Below, in pieces: positions 46,617 through 56,888 of a stretch of 64,000 nt of DNA. The notes under the pieces were generated by a model, which was not told where the DNA came from, made no database searches, and was given only the letters and a program-made list of their open reading frames with translations. Within the stretch, counting starts at the first letter, position 1, and each line of letters begins with the position of its first letter. The stretch lies in NCBI GenBank assembly GCA_964638035.1, contig CAZWXD010000001.1, positions 70,369 through 134,368 of the forward strand, given 5' to 3'. The stretch is from an uncultured Gemmatimonadaceae bacterium (GTDB lineage Bacteria; Gemmatimonadota; Gemmatimonadetes; Gemmatimonadales; GWC2-71-9). The position numbers and the translations under genes are program-made.

Positions 46617-47548
46617 CGATCGACCCGACGAAGGGCATTGCCGGCCTGAAGGGCGCCCTCCGCTACGTGCGGGCATACCGCGACCGCGTGTTCGTGGTGA
46701 AGCTGGGGGGCGACGTGCTCACCGACGCCGACGTCCTCGACCACGTCACGGCCCAGCTCGCCCTGCTCGCGTCGCTTGGCATCCGCCTCGTCGTGGTGCA
46801 CGGCGGCGGGCCCCAGGCGTCGGCGCTGACCCGCCGCCTGGGGGGCGAGCCCACCATGGTGGCGGGCCGGCGGGTCACCGACGACCAGGCCCTCGAGGTG
46901 GCCAAGATGGTGTATGGCGGGCAGCTCAACATCGACCTGCTGGCCGCCCTGCGCGAGCACCGGCTGCAGGCGGTGGGGCTGAGCGGGGTGGATGCCGACC
47001 TCCTCACGGCCCGCCGGCGCCCGCCGGTGAACGTGGTGGATGACGCCGGCGCCTCGCGCACGGTGGACTACGGCCACGTGGGCGACATCGTGCGGGTGGA
47101 CACCCACGTGCTCACGACACTCATGGACGCGCGCTGCGTGCCGGTGATCGCGAGCCTGGCGGGCGACGACGAGGGCAACGTGTACAACGTGAATGCCGAC
47201 ACGGTGGCCGAGTCGGTGGCCGTGGCCCTGCAGGCATTGAAGCTCATCTTCCTCACCGGGGCGCCGGGCGTCCTGCGCGACCGCACCGACCCCACCACCC
47301 TCGTCACCTTTGCCGACCCGGACGACCTCGAGGGGCTGATGGCGAGCGGTGCGCTGGCCGGCGGGATGCGGCCCAAGGTGGAGGCGTGCATCCGGGCGGC
47401 GACAAGCGGCGTGGAGCGCACCCATATCATCGACGGCCGGGCGCCCGACGCGCTGCTGCTCGAGGTGTTCACCGGTGCCGGGTGTGGCACCATGATCGTG
47501 GGGCGGAAGGAGAAGGCCACCTACCTTGGCGTCGACCTCGCCGGCTGA
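46613..47548 (+). CDS. argB: N-acyl-glutamate kinase
   Basis: FVVKLGGDV...VVVHGGGPQ...NVNADTVA. Confidence 0.9.
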   Translation: MTIDPTKGIAGLKGALRYVRAYRDRVFVVKLGGDVLTDADVLDHVTAQLALLASLGIRLVVVHGGGPQASALTRRLGGEPTMVAGRRVTDDQALEVAKMVYGGQLNIDLLAALREHRLQAVGLSGVDADLLTARRRPPVNVVDDAGASRTVDYGHVGDIVRVDTHVLTTLMDARCVPVIASLAGDDEGNVYNVNADTVAESVAVALQALKLIFLTGAPGVLRDRTDPTTLVTFADPDDLEGLMASGALAGGMRPKVEACIRAATSGVERTHIIDGRAPDALLLEVFTGAGCGTMIVGRKEKATYLGVDLAG

Positions 47549-48605
47549 AGTCCAGCTCCTCGCCGACCTCATTGCCATTCCCTCGGTCAGTGGCGACGAG
47601 GGAGCGGTGGCCCGTCACGTGGAAGGCACGGTGCGGGGCTGGGGACTCGACGTGGTCCGGGGAGACTGGGGCGTGCGGGTGGAGGTGCGGGCCCCCCACC
47701 CCGGACCGACGCTGGCCCTGGTGTCCCACCTCGACGTGGTGCCCCCTGGCGAGGGATGGACCCGCGACCCGTGGGCGCCGGTGATGGAGGAAGGACGCCT
47801 CTACGGCCGGGGTTCCGGCGATGCCAAGGCGTCGGTGGCGGCGATGCTCCAGGCCGCGCGCGACCTGGCGGAGGCCGGTGGCCCGCGCCACGGCCGCCTC
47901 CTCGTGGTGCTCGGGCTGGGCGAGGAGACGAAGCACACGAGCATGCCGCGCGCCCTCGAGGCGGTGGGCACCGTGGATGCCGCCCTCGTGGGTGAGCCCA
48001 CCAACCTCGACCTCGCCGTCGCACAGCGCGGCCTCATGATGGTCGACCTGGTGGCCCACGGCGAGCAGCGGCACGCCGGCTACGGCGCAGGGGAACCGTC
48101 CAGGAATGCCGCCGTCGAGCTGGCCGCCGACCTGGTGCAACTCGGCTCCCTCTGCCAGGGCCGCGAGCACCCCATCCTGGGCCGCGTGTCGCTGACCCCC
48201 ACGATGCTGGAGGCCGGTGTCAGCCGCAACGTCACGCCACCCTCGGCACGGGCGGTGCTCGACATCCGCAGCACCCCGGCATGGTCCCACGACGAGATCG
48301 CCGCGGAGTTGCGCCAGCACCTGCGCTCGGAGGTGGTGGTGACCTCCACGCGCCTCGTACCCTGCGAGACGCCACCGCGATCGCGCCTGCTCACAGTGGC
48401 GTTACGCGCGCGACCGGCGGCCAGGCAGTATGGCAGCCCCACCTGCTCCGACTGGGTCTTCCTCAACGGTCGCGACGTGATCAAGGTGGGGCCCGGCACC
48501 AGCCGGCGGTCGCACACGGCCGACGAGTACGTGGACCTGGCAGAGGTGACCGAGGCCCGCGCCTTCTATGGCCGCGTGGCGGAGGACTACCTCAATGAGG
48601 CGTGA
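47526..48605 (+). CDS. M20-family deacylase (ArgE/DapE-like)
   Basis: LIAIPSVSGDE...SHLDVVPPGEGW...RGSGDAKASVAAM...GEE. TTG start overlaps argB. Confidence 0.8.
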   Translation: MASTSPAEVQLLADLIAIPSVSGDEGAVARHVEGTVRGWGLDVVRGDWGVRVEVRAPHPGPTLALVSHLDVVPPGEGWTRDPWAPVMEEGRLYGRGSGDAKASVAAMLQAARDLAEAGGPRHGRLLVVLGLGEETKHTSMPRALEAVGTVDAALVGEPTNLDLAVAQRGLMMVDLVAHGEQRHAGYGAGEPSRNAAVELAADLVQLGSLCQGREHPILGRVSLTPTMLEAGVSRNVTPPSARAVLDIRSTPAWSHDEIAAELRQHLRSEVVVTSTRLVPCETPPRSRLLTVALRARPAARQYGSPTCSDWVFLNGRDVIKVGPGTSRRSHTADEYVDLAEVTEARAFYGRVAEDYLNEA

Positions 48606-50043
48606 TGGCCGGGCGTCCAGGCGTGCAGGCGCGCCGTCGGGGAGAATGGCGGCACCCCGCACGCCTCCCCGCTCGCACGTCCGCACGCCGACGCTGTGGG
48701 GCGCCGCGACCGACGCAGCCGTCCACGCCTATACCGTGGCGGACGACCGCACCTGGGACACCCGCCTGCTCGAGTGGGACATCCTCGGCAGCCTCGGACA
48801 TGCCCGCGGCCTTGTGCGGAGTGGCATCATCGCCGCCAGCCGGCACCGGGAGGTGGAGCGGCTGCTGCGGCAGGCGCTGCGTGCCGCGCGCGCCGGGCGC
48901 CTGGTCATCGGCCCGGCGCACGAGGACGTGCACTCGGCCGTGGAGTTCTGGCTGACGCGCCGGTCGCGCACCGCCGGCGGCATCCTGCACACCGGCCGCT
49001 CGCGCAATGACCAGGTGGCGGTGGACCTGCGCCTGTACCTGAAGCACGAACTCCTGGCGCTGCACGCATCGGCCACGCACCTGGTCGACGGGTTGGCCCG
49101 GTTCGCGGCGCGGCATCGCACTGTCGTCTGGCCAGGGTACACCCACCAGCGCCGGGCCATGCCGTCATCGGCGGGGGTGTGGGCTGCAGCGTACGCCGAG
49201 GGGTTGCTCGACACGCTGGAATCGCTGCCGGCACTCTGGGCCAGGGTGGACCGGAGCCCGCTTGGGAGCGGCGCCGGCTATGGGGTGCCCCTTCCACTCG
49301 ACCGGCGTGCCACGGCACGGGCACTCGGGTTCGCCGGGATCGACCACGCCGTGGGCCTGGTGCAGAACAGCCGCGGCAAGCTGGAGGCGGCAGTCCTCCA
49401 CTGGTGCAGCGAGCTGGGCCACGAGCTGGGCAAGCTCTCCAGCGACGTGATCCTCTTCAGTGCGGAGGAGTTCGGGTGGCTCGTGCTGCCGGCGCACCTG
49501 GCCACCGGGTCGAGCATCATGCCGCAGAAGCGGAACCCCGATGTCTTCGAGTTGACGCGCGGGCGCGCCGCGCTGGTGGAGGGTGCGCTGACGACGGTGC
49601 TGGCGGTCAAGCGCGGCCTTCCCGGCGGCTATCACCGCGACTTCCAGTTCCTGAAGGCGCCGCTGATGAGTGGCGTGGAACTCACGGGTGCGATGCTCGG
49701 GATGATGGCCGTGGCGGTCCCCGCCCTCGGCGTGGACCGGGCCCGCGGGCGAGCGGCGCTCAGGGGCGATGTGCTGGCCACCGACGAAGCCCTGCGCCGT
49801 GCGCGCGAAGGCCTCCCGTTCCGGGAGGCCTACCGCTCGGTGAGCCGTGACCTCAAGGCGGGAGTGGCCATGCCACCCCTGGCTGACGCGGTGATCCTGG
49901 CGGCGCGCACGAGTGCCGGCGCCGCGGGCAACCTGGAACTCGACCAGGTGCGGGCGCGCCTTCGCGCTGCGGGGCGCTGGCACGCACGGGAGCAGCGCCG
50001 CTTTGCGCGCGCCATGCAGGCACTGGCCGGGCGGCGCCGGTGA
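48595..50043 (+). CDS. argH: Argininosuccinate lyase
   Basis: LWG...DILGSLGHARGL...HTGRSRNDQVA...GSSIMPQKRNPD. Alternative start at ATG 48646. Confidence 0.9.
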   Translation: MRRDGRASRRAGAPSGRMAAPRTPPRSHVRTPTLWGAATDAAVHAYTVADDRTWDTRLLEWDILGSLGHARGLVRSGIIAASRHREVERLLRQALRAARAGRLVIGPAHEDVHSAVEFWLTRRSRTAGGILHTGRSRNDQVAVDLRLYLKHELLALHASATHLVDGLARFAARHRTVVWPGYTHQRRAMPSSAGVWAAAYAEGLLDTLESLPALWARVDRSPLGSGAGYGVPLPLDRRATARALGFAGIDHAVGLVQNSRGKLEAAVLHWCSELGHELGKLSSDVILFSAEEFGWLVLPAHLATGSSIMPQKRNPDVFELTRGRAALVEGALTTVLAVKRGLPGGYHRDFQFLKAPLMSGVELTGAMLGMMAVAVPALGVDRARGRAALRGDVLATDEALRRAREGLPFREAYRSVSRDLKAGVAMPPLADAVILAARTSAGAAGNLELDQVRARLRAAGRWHAREQRRFARAMQALAGRRR

Positions 50044-50507
50044 CGCAGGACCGCCGGCGGCGTCACCTCCGCATCCTGGAGATCATCAGCACCCGAGCCA
50101 TGCGCACGCAGGAGGAACTGGCGGACGCCCTGGTGGCGGAAGGGTGGCAGGTCACGCAATCGTCGGTGAGCCGCGACATCGCGTCGCTGCACCTGGCCAA
50201 GGTCGATGGGGTGTACCGGAAGCCGGCGCGTGCGCAGGTGCGCGATCCGGATGAACTGCGCATTGCAGAGGGCGTGCTGGCGGCCGAGGCAGCGGGCGAT
50301 GCACTTGTGGTGTTGCACACGCCGCCCGGCGAGGCCAACCGGGTGGGCATCGCACTCGACCGGCTGGCGTGGCCCGAGATCGTCGGCACCATCGCCGGGG
50401 ATGACACCATCTTCCTGGCGGTGGCAAACGCCACCGGCCAGCGCACCGTCATGCGGCGGCTGGCCGGCCTGGCGTTGCCCGGAAGTTCCCGGGGCCGACC
50501 CGCCTGA
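50040..50507 (+). CDS. argR: Arginine repressor
   Basis: TQEELADALVAEGWQVTQSSVSRDI winged helix and C-terminal GTIAGDDTIF. GTGA overlap with argH. Confidence 0.9.
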   Translation: MTQDRRRRHLRILEIISTRAMRTQEELADALVAEGWQVTQSSVSRDIASLHLAKVDGVYRKPARAQVRDPDELRIAEGVLAAEAAGDALVVLHTPPGEANRVGIALDRLAWPEIVGTIAGDDTIFLAVANATGQRTVMRRLAGLALPGSSRGRPA

Positions 50508-50528
50508 GGGCGGGCCAGCCACCTGCGC

Positions 50529-52130
50529 CTAGTAGATCACCACCGGCGGGGTTGCCTGCGTGGCATCGAAGTAGCTTGCCACCCCCCGGTCGCGCGCCTG
50601 CACCGAGATGACGTTCACCCCCGTGCGTGGCACGGCGATCGCCACCTGGTTCGTCATGGCACAACCTTCCTTCAGCAGGAAGCTGCCCGACTCCACCGAT
50701 GTCGCCTGCCCATCCACGTAGTAGGTCGTGACTTCCACGCCGTTGACCCAGACCCGGATGTCGTTGTCCAGCGCCAGCCGGATCCTGTCCGTCGTGTTTG
50801 CGGCATAGAACACGTGCCGGGCGAGAAGGTAGGTGAACTGTGCCGGGTCGGTCGTGACGCCCGCACTGGCCCGCGCCCACAGCGACGCGACCGACAAGGC
50901 GTAGTCGATGGTGCCCCCGCTGCCGTTGCACTGCGCTGCGAACGGAACGCCGTCTGACTGGGTATCGCCGAACGGGGCGTCGCCATAGCTCCAGGGGCCC
51001 TGCGCCACGACACCAACTGTTGGCGTCGTCGCCCCGCCCTCGGCAAAGAATGGCACCGACACGTCATCCTGGGTGGTCGATGGCAACGTGGCGTCACCCG
51101 GCGAGCCGCTGGCCGACGGCTGCATGTAGAGCCAGTTCGACATGCCGAAATCGAGCAGGTCAGGCACCACGCCTCCGAACGGGCTGTACTCGCTCACCTT
51201 GCCACCACGGCCACCCGTGCCCAGCCCGCCAGCGTACAGCTTCGATGGCATCAGCCAATCGAATGCGCGGTCCAGGAAGCCCACCGTCAATGGGTCACAC
51301 GACAGGTTGAGTTCGGTGAGCGACTCTCCGGGCGTGATGATCTCGATGTTGCCGAACCGGACGTTCCCCGCGGTCACCGGGCTTGCCGGGTCGAGGTTGT
51401 GCGCCAGGCGCACGCGGGCATCGGATGCGTCATTGGCCTTGTTCAGGCAGACGCCCACTGCCACGGGGTTGTCGAAGCGGACCTTCGGCGTCGTCGTGAA
51501 CTCGTAGAAGGGCCCCCGCTGGCACAGGCGGGTGTCGAGGGGACCAGTGCAGGCCGTCGGGCTGGCAGGCAAGGGCACCACGCTCACCACCACCGACGGC
51601 ACGTTGTCGGGCACGTCGCCCACGCTCACCTTGGTGGCCGCATCGTTCGCCGTCGGGTTGGCGGGATCCCTGGCGCCGATGGTGGCGCCTGTCGTTGGGG
51701 TCACGACGGCGGCGCCGCCGTTTACCAGGTCGAGGGGCGGCGCTTCCAGCCCCAGGATGCAGTAGAGCAGGCGGATGAGCGATTCGACCTTGTGGAGCTT
51801 GTCGGGGTTGTTGGCGAAAAGCCCGTGGTTCACCGCCGTGAGCAGCTGGTCGATGATCTCCATCAACCTGGCCTGCGCCCGTGGACCAGGACCGGTGGCG
51901 CTGAGGCGGATGTAGAGGTTGATCCTGATGGTGAGGAGCGTACCGAGCGGACCGGGGAGAATGTCCTTGGCCAGGGCCCTGATGTCGGCCGGGCTGCAGG
52001 GGGTGCTGTACAACTCGACGGTGGGACTCGGCTCTGGCTCTGGCGGGGTGTTGCTCTGGTCGGAACAGGCGGCAAGGGTCAGGGCTACCGCGGTTGCAGC
52101 GATTGGTATCAAGCGAACAGGGCGACGCAC
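50529..52130 (-). CDS. Large hypothetical lipoprotein
   Basis: GTG 52130 is preceded by GGAGG (5-nt spacing). Lipobox LTLAAC. The C-terminal approx 130 aa look like a beta-sandwich domain. Confidence 0.6.
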   Translation of the reverse strand: MRRPVRLIPIAATAVALTLAACSDQSNTPPEPEPSPTVELYSTPCSPADIRALAKDILPGPLGTLLTIRINLYIRLSATGPGPRAQARLMEIIDQLLTAVNHGLFANNPDKLHKVESLIRLLYCILGLEAPPLDLVNGGAAVVTPTTGATIGARDPANPTANDAATKVSVGDVPDNVPSVVVSVVPLPASPTACTGPLDTRLCQRGPFYEFTTTPKVRFDNPVAVGVCLNKANDASDARVRLAHNLDPASPVTAGNVRFGNIEIITPGESLTELNLSCDPLTVGFLDRAFDWLMPSKLYAGGLGTGGRGGKVSEYSPFGGVVPDLLDFGMSNWLYMQPSASGSPGDATLPSTTQDDVSVPFFAEGGATTPTVGVVAQGPWSYGDAPFGDTQSDGVPFAAQCNGSGGTIDYALSVASLWARASAGVTTDPAQFTYLLARHVFYAANTTDRIRLALDNDIRVWVNGVEVTTYYVDGQATSVESGSFLLKEGCAMTNQVAIAVPRTGVNVISVQARDRGVASYFDATQATPPVVIY

Positions 52131-52260
52131 GTGCACCTCCAGTCGGGGAGCATGGACGGGAGGATTCGTGATACGATGTAATCCCGAATTCTTCCGGCGG
52201 GGATACAATACGGCCCGCCAACGCACTGTCAAGCTTCCACTTCGCTATGGGCCAATCGTC

Positions 52261-54885
52261 CTATGGCCTCCCCGCGCTCCGGGGCCACCGTGCATTTCCT
52301 TGCAGTGCCTGGAACTGCCAGCCAGGTTCTTCCACCATGGCCTGTTGTCGACCCGGGTTGGCCGCCCAGTACCCCTTGAGTGCCCTGATGGCCGCATCGG
52401 GTTCACCCAGCAGCGTGTACACGAACGCCTCGTCGAACAGCAGGTCGCGGTTGGGGTCGGTTTCCACGGTCCCGCGGGAGCGACTGACAACCGCCCGGGC
52501 GCTGTCGGCAAGCTGTTGCCGGGCGAGGACCGCGGCGACTGCGAGGTTGGCAGCGAGGGTGCGGAACTCCCGCTCGCCTTCCGGGGCCAGGGCTGACACC
52601 GAGTCGCGCAAGCGCCAGGCGCGCGCCACGTCGGGATCCATGGCCCTGGTGGAAAGGAGGAGCAGGCGGCACATGGTAAAGCGGTAGTCATCGGGGAAGC
52701 GATGCTGGCCCTCGTCACACCAGTGCTCGGCGTCGGCGAACTGGCCCAGGTCATAAGATGAGTTGAAGAGCCGGTTGATGATGGCATCGATGTTCGTAAG
52801 GAAGGCGTCCGCCTCGTAGGCACGTCGGGCGGCGAGGTTCACGTCGCTCAGCGTGCCGTTCTGGTTGTAAAGGTGCGCCAGCGACGCCCAGGCGGCGGCC
52901 TCAGCAGGATTGAGCCTGGTGGAGGCCTCGAAGTCGGCCTGGGCCGCGGCGAGGAGTTCCTTTCGCTCCGTCGGGTCCGCCTCGAGGCCCAGCAGGTATC
53001 GCCAGTACCGGAGGTCGCCGCGCTGGAAGAGCGCCTCGGAGTTCTGCGGATCGAGTGCTACCGCGCTGTCGGCGAACTGGAGGCCGCGCGCGAGCGAGGG
53101 CCCCGCCTTCACCGGATCGCGGTTCGCGAGCCGGGTCTCCTGCGACGCGATGGCGGCGCGCATGATGAGCGGGTCGGGCCACTTCGGGTCCAGTCGCGAT
53201 GAGACGGCGAGGAGGGAGTCGGCGTCCGCGAAGGCCTGGGCGGCGGCCACCGGGTCGAGGCGCATGAGGGAATCAGCGCGCTTCCGGATGGCTTCTGCCC
53301 GTTGCAGCTGCACCCACGCCTCCGGACTCGAGGCGCTGAGGCGCTGTTCCCGCAGGCGCACCTCGGTGCCGAGTCGTTCGCGCAGGAAGGTCGCCGCCCG
53401 CTGGGCCAGGGTGTCGCTGAGTGCCAGGTACGAGCCGGCGGGCTGCTCGAAGCTGGTCCGCTGGAATTCGGCACCGCTGGCGGCATCCACCAGCCGCACC
53501 GTGACACGCACCTTGTCGCCATCCTGTTCGACGCCACCCTCAACCAGGGTGCCAACCTTGAGCGCCCGGGCGATGCTGTCACGTGGCACATTGCGGCCGC
53601 GGAACCGTGCCGAGCCGTTGCGCGAAGTCACCTCGAGTTCCCGCACCTCCGAGAGCGCCTGAATGAGCCCCTCGGTGAGGCCATCGGCCAGGAGCCGCAG
53701 GGAATCCCTGCCGGGCGGACTCTGGAAGTAGAGCACCGCCACCCGCTTGGCGTCGTCACCCGCGGCCGTGGCACCGGCCGAGCTGCTGCCGCCGCCTCCC
53801 GGTGCCATGAACCCCCGCGCCACCAGGCCTCCCACCAGCAGGAGTGCCAGCGCGCCCACGGCGAGCCACGCCGGCCGGCGCCATGGCGGCACTGTTGCGC
53901 CGTCGGCCTGGCCTGGTACTGGCGTCGCGACCCCACCTGCGCGCAGCACGCGGGCCGTGGTGCGGCGCGTGGCAATGGGGACCTGCTGGGGCGTGCGCGG
54001 TGCGCCGGAGGCGCGGCGTGCCGCGGTGCGCTGGATCGCGAAATCAGACTCGCACTCCAGCAGGTCCTCGACGAGGTCGCGCATGTGCTGGTAGCGATCC
54101 GCCGGCGTCTTCTCCAGGGTGCGGAAGACGGCATCCTCCACCGCATCGGGCACCGCGGTGCGCACCACCTGCAGGCTGGGCACCTGCTCCAGGGAATGCC
54201 GGGCAATGACGGCCATGGCGTTGGGCCCGTCGAAGGGCGGCTGGCCCGCCAGCAGCTCGTAGAGCACGCAGCCCAGGCTGTAGATGTCGCTGCGCCCATC
54301 CAGCTCGCCACCGAGCGATTGCTCCGGGCTCATGTAGTGCGGGGTGCCCATGGCGATGCCGGTCTCCGTCAGCTTCTGGCTCGAGGCAGACTGGAGCGCC
54401 TTGGCGATCCCGAAGTCGGCCACCAGGGCATGGCCGCCCTGCACCAGGATGTTCTCCGGCTTGATGTCCCGGTGGATCACGCCGTGGGCGTGGGCGTATT
54501 CCAGCGCCTCGGCCGCCTCCCGCGTCATGCGCAGTGCCTCGTCAATGGGCAGCTGGTGCTCGCGGTTGAGGCGATCGCGCAGCGACTCGCCCTCGACGAA
54601 CGGCATCACATAGTAGAGGAGGCCGCCGGCCTCACCCGAGTCGTAGAGCCCCAGGATGTTGGGATGCTGCAACTGGGCGGCGACCCGGATCTCGCGGAGG
54701 AAGCGCTCGGCGCCGATGGTGGCCGACAACTCCGGCTTGAGGAGCTTGAGGGCGACAGGACGGTCGTGCTTCAGGTCCTGTGCCAGGTAGACGAACGCCA
54801 TCCCACCCTGGCCCAGTGGGCGTACGATGTCATAGTGACCAGCAAGCGCGGCCCGAAGCCGCTCTGCCTGGTCAGTCACCTCCAC
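52261..54885 (-). CDS. Ser/Thr protein kinase with TM helix and C-terminal TPR-like domain
   Basis: GQGGMAFVY, VALK, HRDIKPENIL, DFGIAKA, MGTPHYMSPE; TM helix WLAVGALALLLVGGLV. Confidence 0.9.
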   Translation of the reverse strand: MEVTDQAERLRAALAGHYDIVRPLGQGGMAFVYLAQDLKHDRPVALKLLKPELSATIGAERFLREIRVAAQLQHPNILGLYDSGEAGGLLYYVMPFVEGESLRDRLNREHQLPIDEALRMTREAAEALEYAHAHGVIHRDIKPENILVQGGHALVADFGIAKALQSASSQKLTETGIAMGTPHYMSPEQSLGGELDGRSDIYSLGCVLYELLAGQPPFDGPNAMAVIARHSLEQVPSLQVVRTAVPDAVEDAVFRTLEKTPADRYQHMRDLVEDLLECESDFAIQRTAARRASGAPRTPQQVPIATRRTTARVLRAGGVATPVPGQADGATVPPWRRPAWLAVGALALLLVGGLVARGFMAPGGGGSSSAGATAAGDDAKRVAVLYFQSPPGRDSLRLLADGLTEGLIQALSEVRELEVTSRNGSARFRGRNVPRDSIARALKVGTLVEGGVEQDGDKVRVTVRLVDAASGAEFQRTSFEQPAGSYLALSDTLAQRAATFLRERLGTEVRLREQRLSASSPEAWVQLQRAEAIRKRADSLMRLDPVAAAQAFADADSLLAVSSRLDPKWPDPLIMRAAIASQETRLANRDPVKAGPSLARGLQFADSAVALDPQNSEALFQRGDLRYWRYLLGLEADPTERKELLAAAQADFEASTRLNPAEAAAWASLAHLYNQNGTLSDVNLAARRAYEADAFLTNIDAIINRLFNSSYDLGQFADAEHWCDEGQHRFPDDYRFTMCRLLLLSTRAMDPDVARAWRLRDSVSALAPEGEREFRTLAANLAVAAVLARQQLADSARAVVSRSRGTVETDPNRDLLFDEAFVYTLLGEPDAAIRALKGYWAANPGRQQAMVEEPGWQFQALQGNARWPRSAGRP

Positions 54886-55729
54886 GGCTCACGGCTGCAT
54901 CGAGGCCGAGCGCCTCCTGCATGGCGAGGGCGGACGGCCACCGGTCCGCCGGCTCCTTGGCCAGGCCGCGCGCCACCGCGGCGGCCAGCGCGGCCGGTGT
55001 TTCGGGGCGAAACGACTCCACCGGCGGAGGCTCCTCGGCGAGGTGCTTCTGCAGGACGATGCCCTCCACCTTGTGCACGAACGGCGGCCGTCCCGCGAGG
55101 CACTCGAACAGCACGCAGGCCAGGGAGTAGAGGTCGCTCCGGTGGTCGATCTCGCGCAGCCCGCGGATCTGCTCCGGACTCATGTAGGTGCAGGTGCCCA
55201 GGGCCACGCCCGAGCGGGTGAGGTGCTCCGACGCGGATTCCATGATGGCCTTGGCGATGCCGAAGTCCAGCAGCATGGTCCGTCCGCCCGAAATCACGAT
55301 GTTCTCCGGCTTGACGTCGCGGTGCACGATGTTCTGGGCGTGGGCGTGCGCCAGCGCGCCCAGAAGGTCGTTGGCGACCCGGGCCACGTCGGCGGGCGGG
55401 AGCATGCGCGAGCGGTTGAGGGCCTCCCGCAGGGTGGGCCCGGGGCAGTAGGTCATGGCGTAGTACACCACCCAGTCGCGCTCGCCCGAGTCGAGCAGCG
55501 TGGCGATGCTGGGGTGGTCGAGCCGGCCGGCCAGGCGAACCTCCCGCAGGAAGCGGTCGGCCGCCACCGTCACGGCAAGTTCCGGGTGCAGCACCTTGAG
55601 GGCGACCTCGGTGCCCGCCTCGTTCCGGGCCAGGAAGACGCGCGCGCCGCCGCCCCGGCCGATCTCCCGTTCGAGGGTGTACAGCGTGCCCAGGGCCTGT
55701 TGCACCGCAGCGAGGATGTCTCGCGCCAC
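54872..55729 (-). CDS. Ser/Thr protein kinase, catalytic domain only
   Basis: GRGGGARVF, VALKVL, HRDVKPENIV, DFGIAKA, YMSPEQ. The stop overlaps the downstream kinase start by 14 nt. Confidence 0.85.
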   Translation of the reverse strand: MARDILAAVQQALGTLYTLEREIGRGGGARVFLARNEAGTEVALKVLHPELAVTVAADRFLREVRLAGRLDHPSIATLLDSGERDWVVYYAMTYCPGPTLREALNRSRMLPPADVARVANDLLGALAHAHAQNIVHRDVKPENIVISGGRTMLLDFGIAKAIMESASEHLTRSGVALGTCTYMSPEQIRGLREIDHRSDLYSLACVLFECLAGRPPFVHKVEGIVLQKHLAEEPPPVESFRPETPAALAAAVARGLAKEPADRWPSALAMQEALGLDAAVSRGGD

Positions 55730-55741
55730 TAGCCCTCCGCG

Positions 55742-56848
55742 TCAGCGTCGCACACTGGTGAGCGGCGCACCACTGCCACCGTGCCGCGTGGCAGTCACCT
55801 CGGCCAGGATCGCCAGCGCCACCTCCATGGGATGGCGTCCACCCAGGTCGAGGCCCACCGGGCCGCGCAGCCGGGCCAGGTCGGCATCACCGAAGCCCGC
55901 GGCGCGAAGGCGGTCCCGTCGCTTCTGCTGCGTACTGCGCGACCCGATCGCTCCCACGTACGGGGCAGGGGAGCGAAGCGCCAGCTCCGTGGCCGGCTCG
56001 TCGAACTTCGGGTCATGCGAGAGCAGCACGACATAGGTATTGGCGTCGAGCCCGATCCGCCCGAAGGCCTCGTCGGGCCATCCCAGCACCAGTTCATCCG
56101 CATGGGGGAAGCGCTCGCGGGTGAGCCACGCCGCACGGCCATCGGCCACGTAGGTGCGATACGGGAGCTGCCGGGCGAGGAGTGTCAGCGCCTGTGCAAC
56201 GTGCACGCCGCCGAAGATCACGAGCTTGGGCTGCCGGGCGAAGACTTCCAGCAGCACGTGCACCTCGCCGCCGGGCGCAGCCAGCACCACGGTGTCGCTG
56301 GTGCCCCGGGCCAGGGCAGCCTGTGCTGCCGACTCCAGCTCGGGCAGCACGGCATCGAGCTCGAGTTCGGCGCGCCGGGCCATGTCGAGGGGTGCACCCA
56401 CCGGTGGCAGGATCGGCTCCCGGGTGCCGTCGTCGCGAAGCACCCAACTGGCGCCGAGGGGTGCGGTGGGCGACTGGATCACGGTAGAGACGACCACGCC
56501 ACCCTCGCCGCGCGCCGCTTCGGTCACCGCCATGCGTACGCCCGGCTCCACCAGCACGGAGATGGTCCCGCCGCACGACAGGCCAACCGCCCAGGCGTCG
56601 TCGTCGGTCACCCCGTAGGTCACCAGCCTGGGAGTGCCACGCTCGATGGCCTCGGCCACCTCGGTCGCGACAGCATTCTCCACGCACCCGCCCGAGACCG
56701 ACCCGAGCATCGCACCCGATGGTGTCGCCAGCATCACGGAGCCGGCGGGACGCGGCGCACTCCCCCAGACGCGCGTGACCACCGCACGGCCAATGGGCTC
56801 GTTGCGAGCGACCAGCCGCTGGTAATCGGAGAGTTCAGCGAACATCAT
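55742..56848 (-). CDS. XdhC/CoxI family molybdoenzyme maturation factor
   Basis: GSAPRPAGSVM...GSVSGGCVE...GLSCGG...VIFGGVHVA. Confidence 0.85.
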   Translation of the reverse strand: MMFAELSDYQRLVARNEPIGRAVVTRVWGSAPRPAGSVMLATPSGAMLGSVSGGCVENAVATEVAEAIERGTPRLVTYGVTDDDAWAVGLSCGGTISVLVEPGVRMAVTEAARGEGGVVVSTVIQSPTAPLGASWVLRDDGTREPILPPVGAPLDMARRAELELDAVLPELESAAQAALARGTSDTVVLAAPGGEVHVLLEVFARQPKLVIFGGVHVAQALTLLARQLPYRTYVADGRAAWLTRERFPHADELVLGWPDEAFGRIGLDANTYVVLLSHDPKFDEPATELALRSPAPYVGAIGSRSTQQKRRDRLRAAGFGDADLARLRGPVGLDLGGRHPMEVALAILAEVTATRHGGSGAPLTSVRR

Positions 56849-56888
56849 CGCAATATACCGCAGGGAGCGAGGGGCGCTGGCACCGGCG

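Noticed and set aside
48595-48690. Arg-rich N-terminal extension of argH (MRRDGRASRRAGAPSGR...).
   Set aside because: Most likely a start-site ambiguity. ATG 48646 gives a conventional N-terminus just before the LWG motif. Not treated as a distinct feature.
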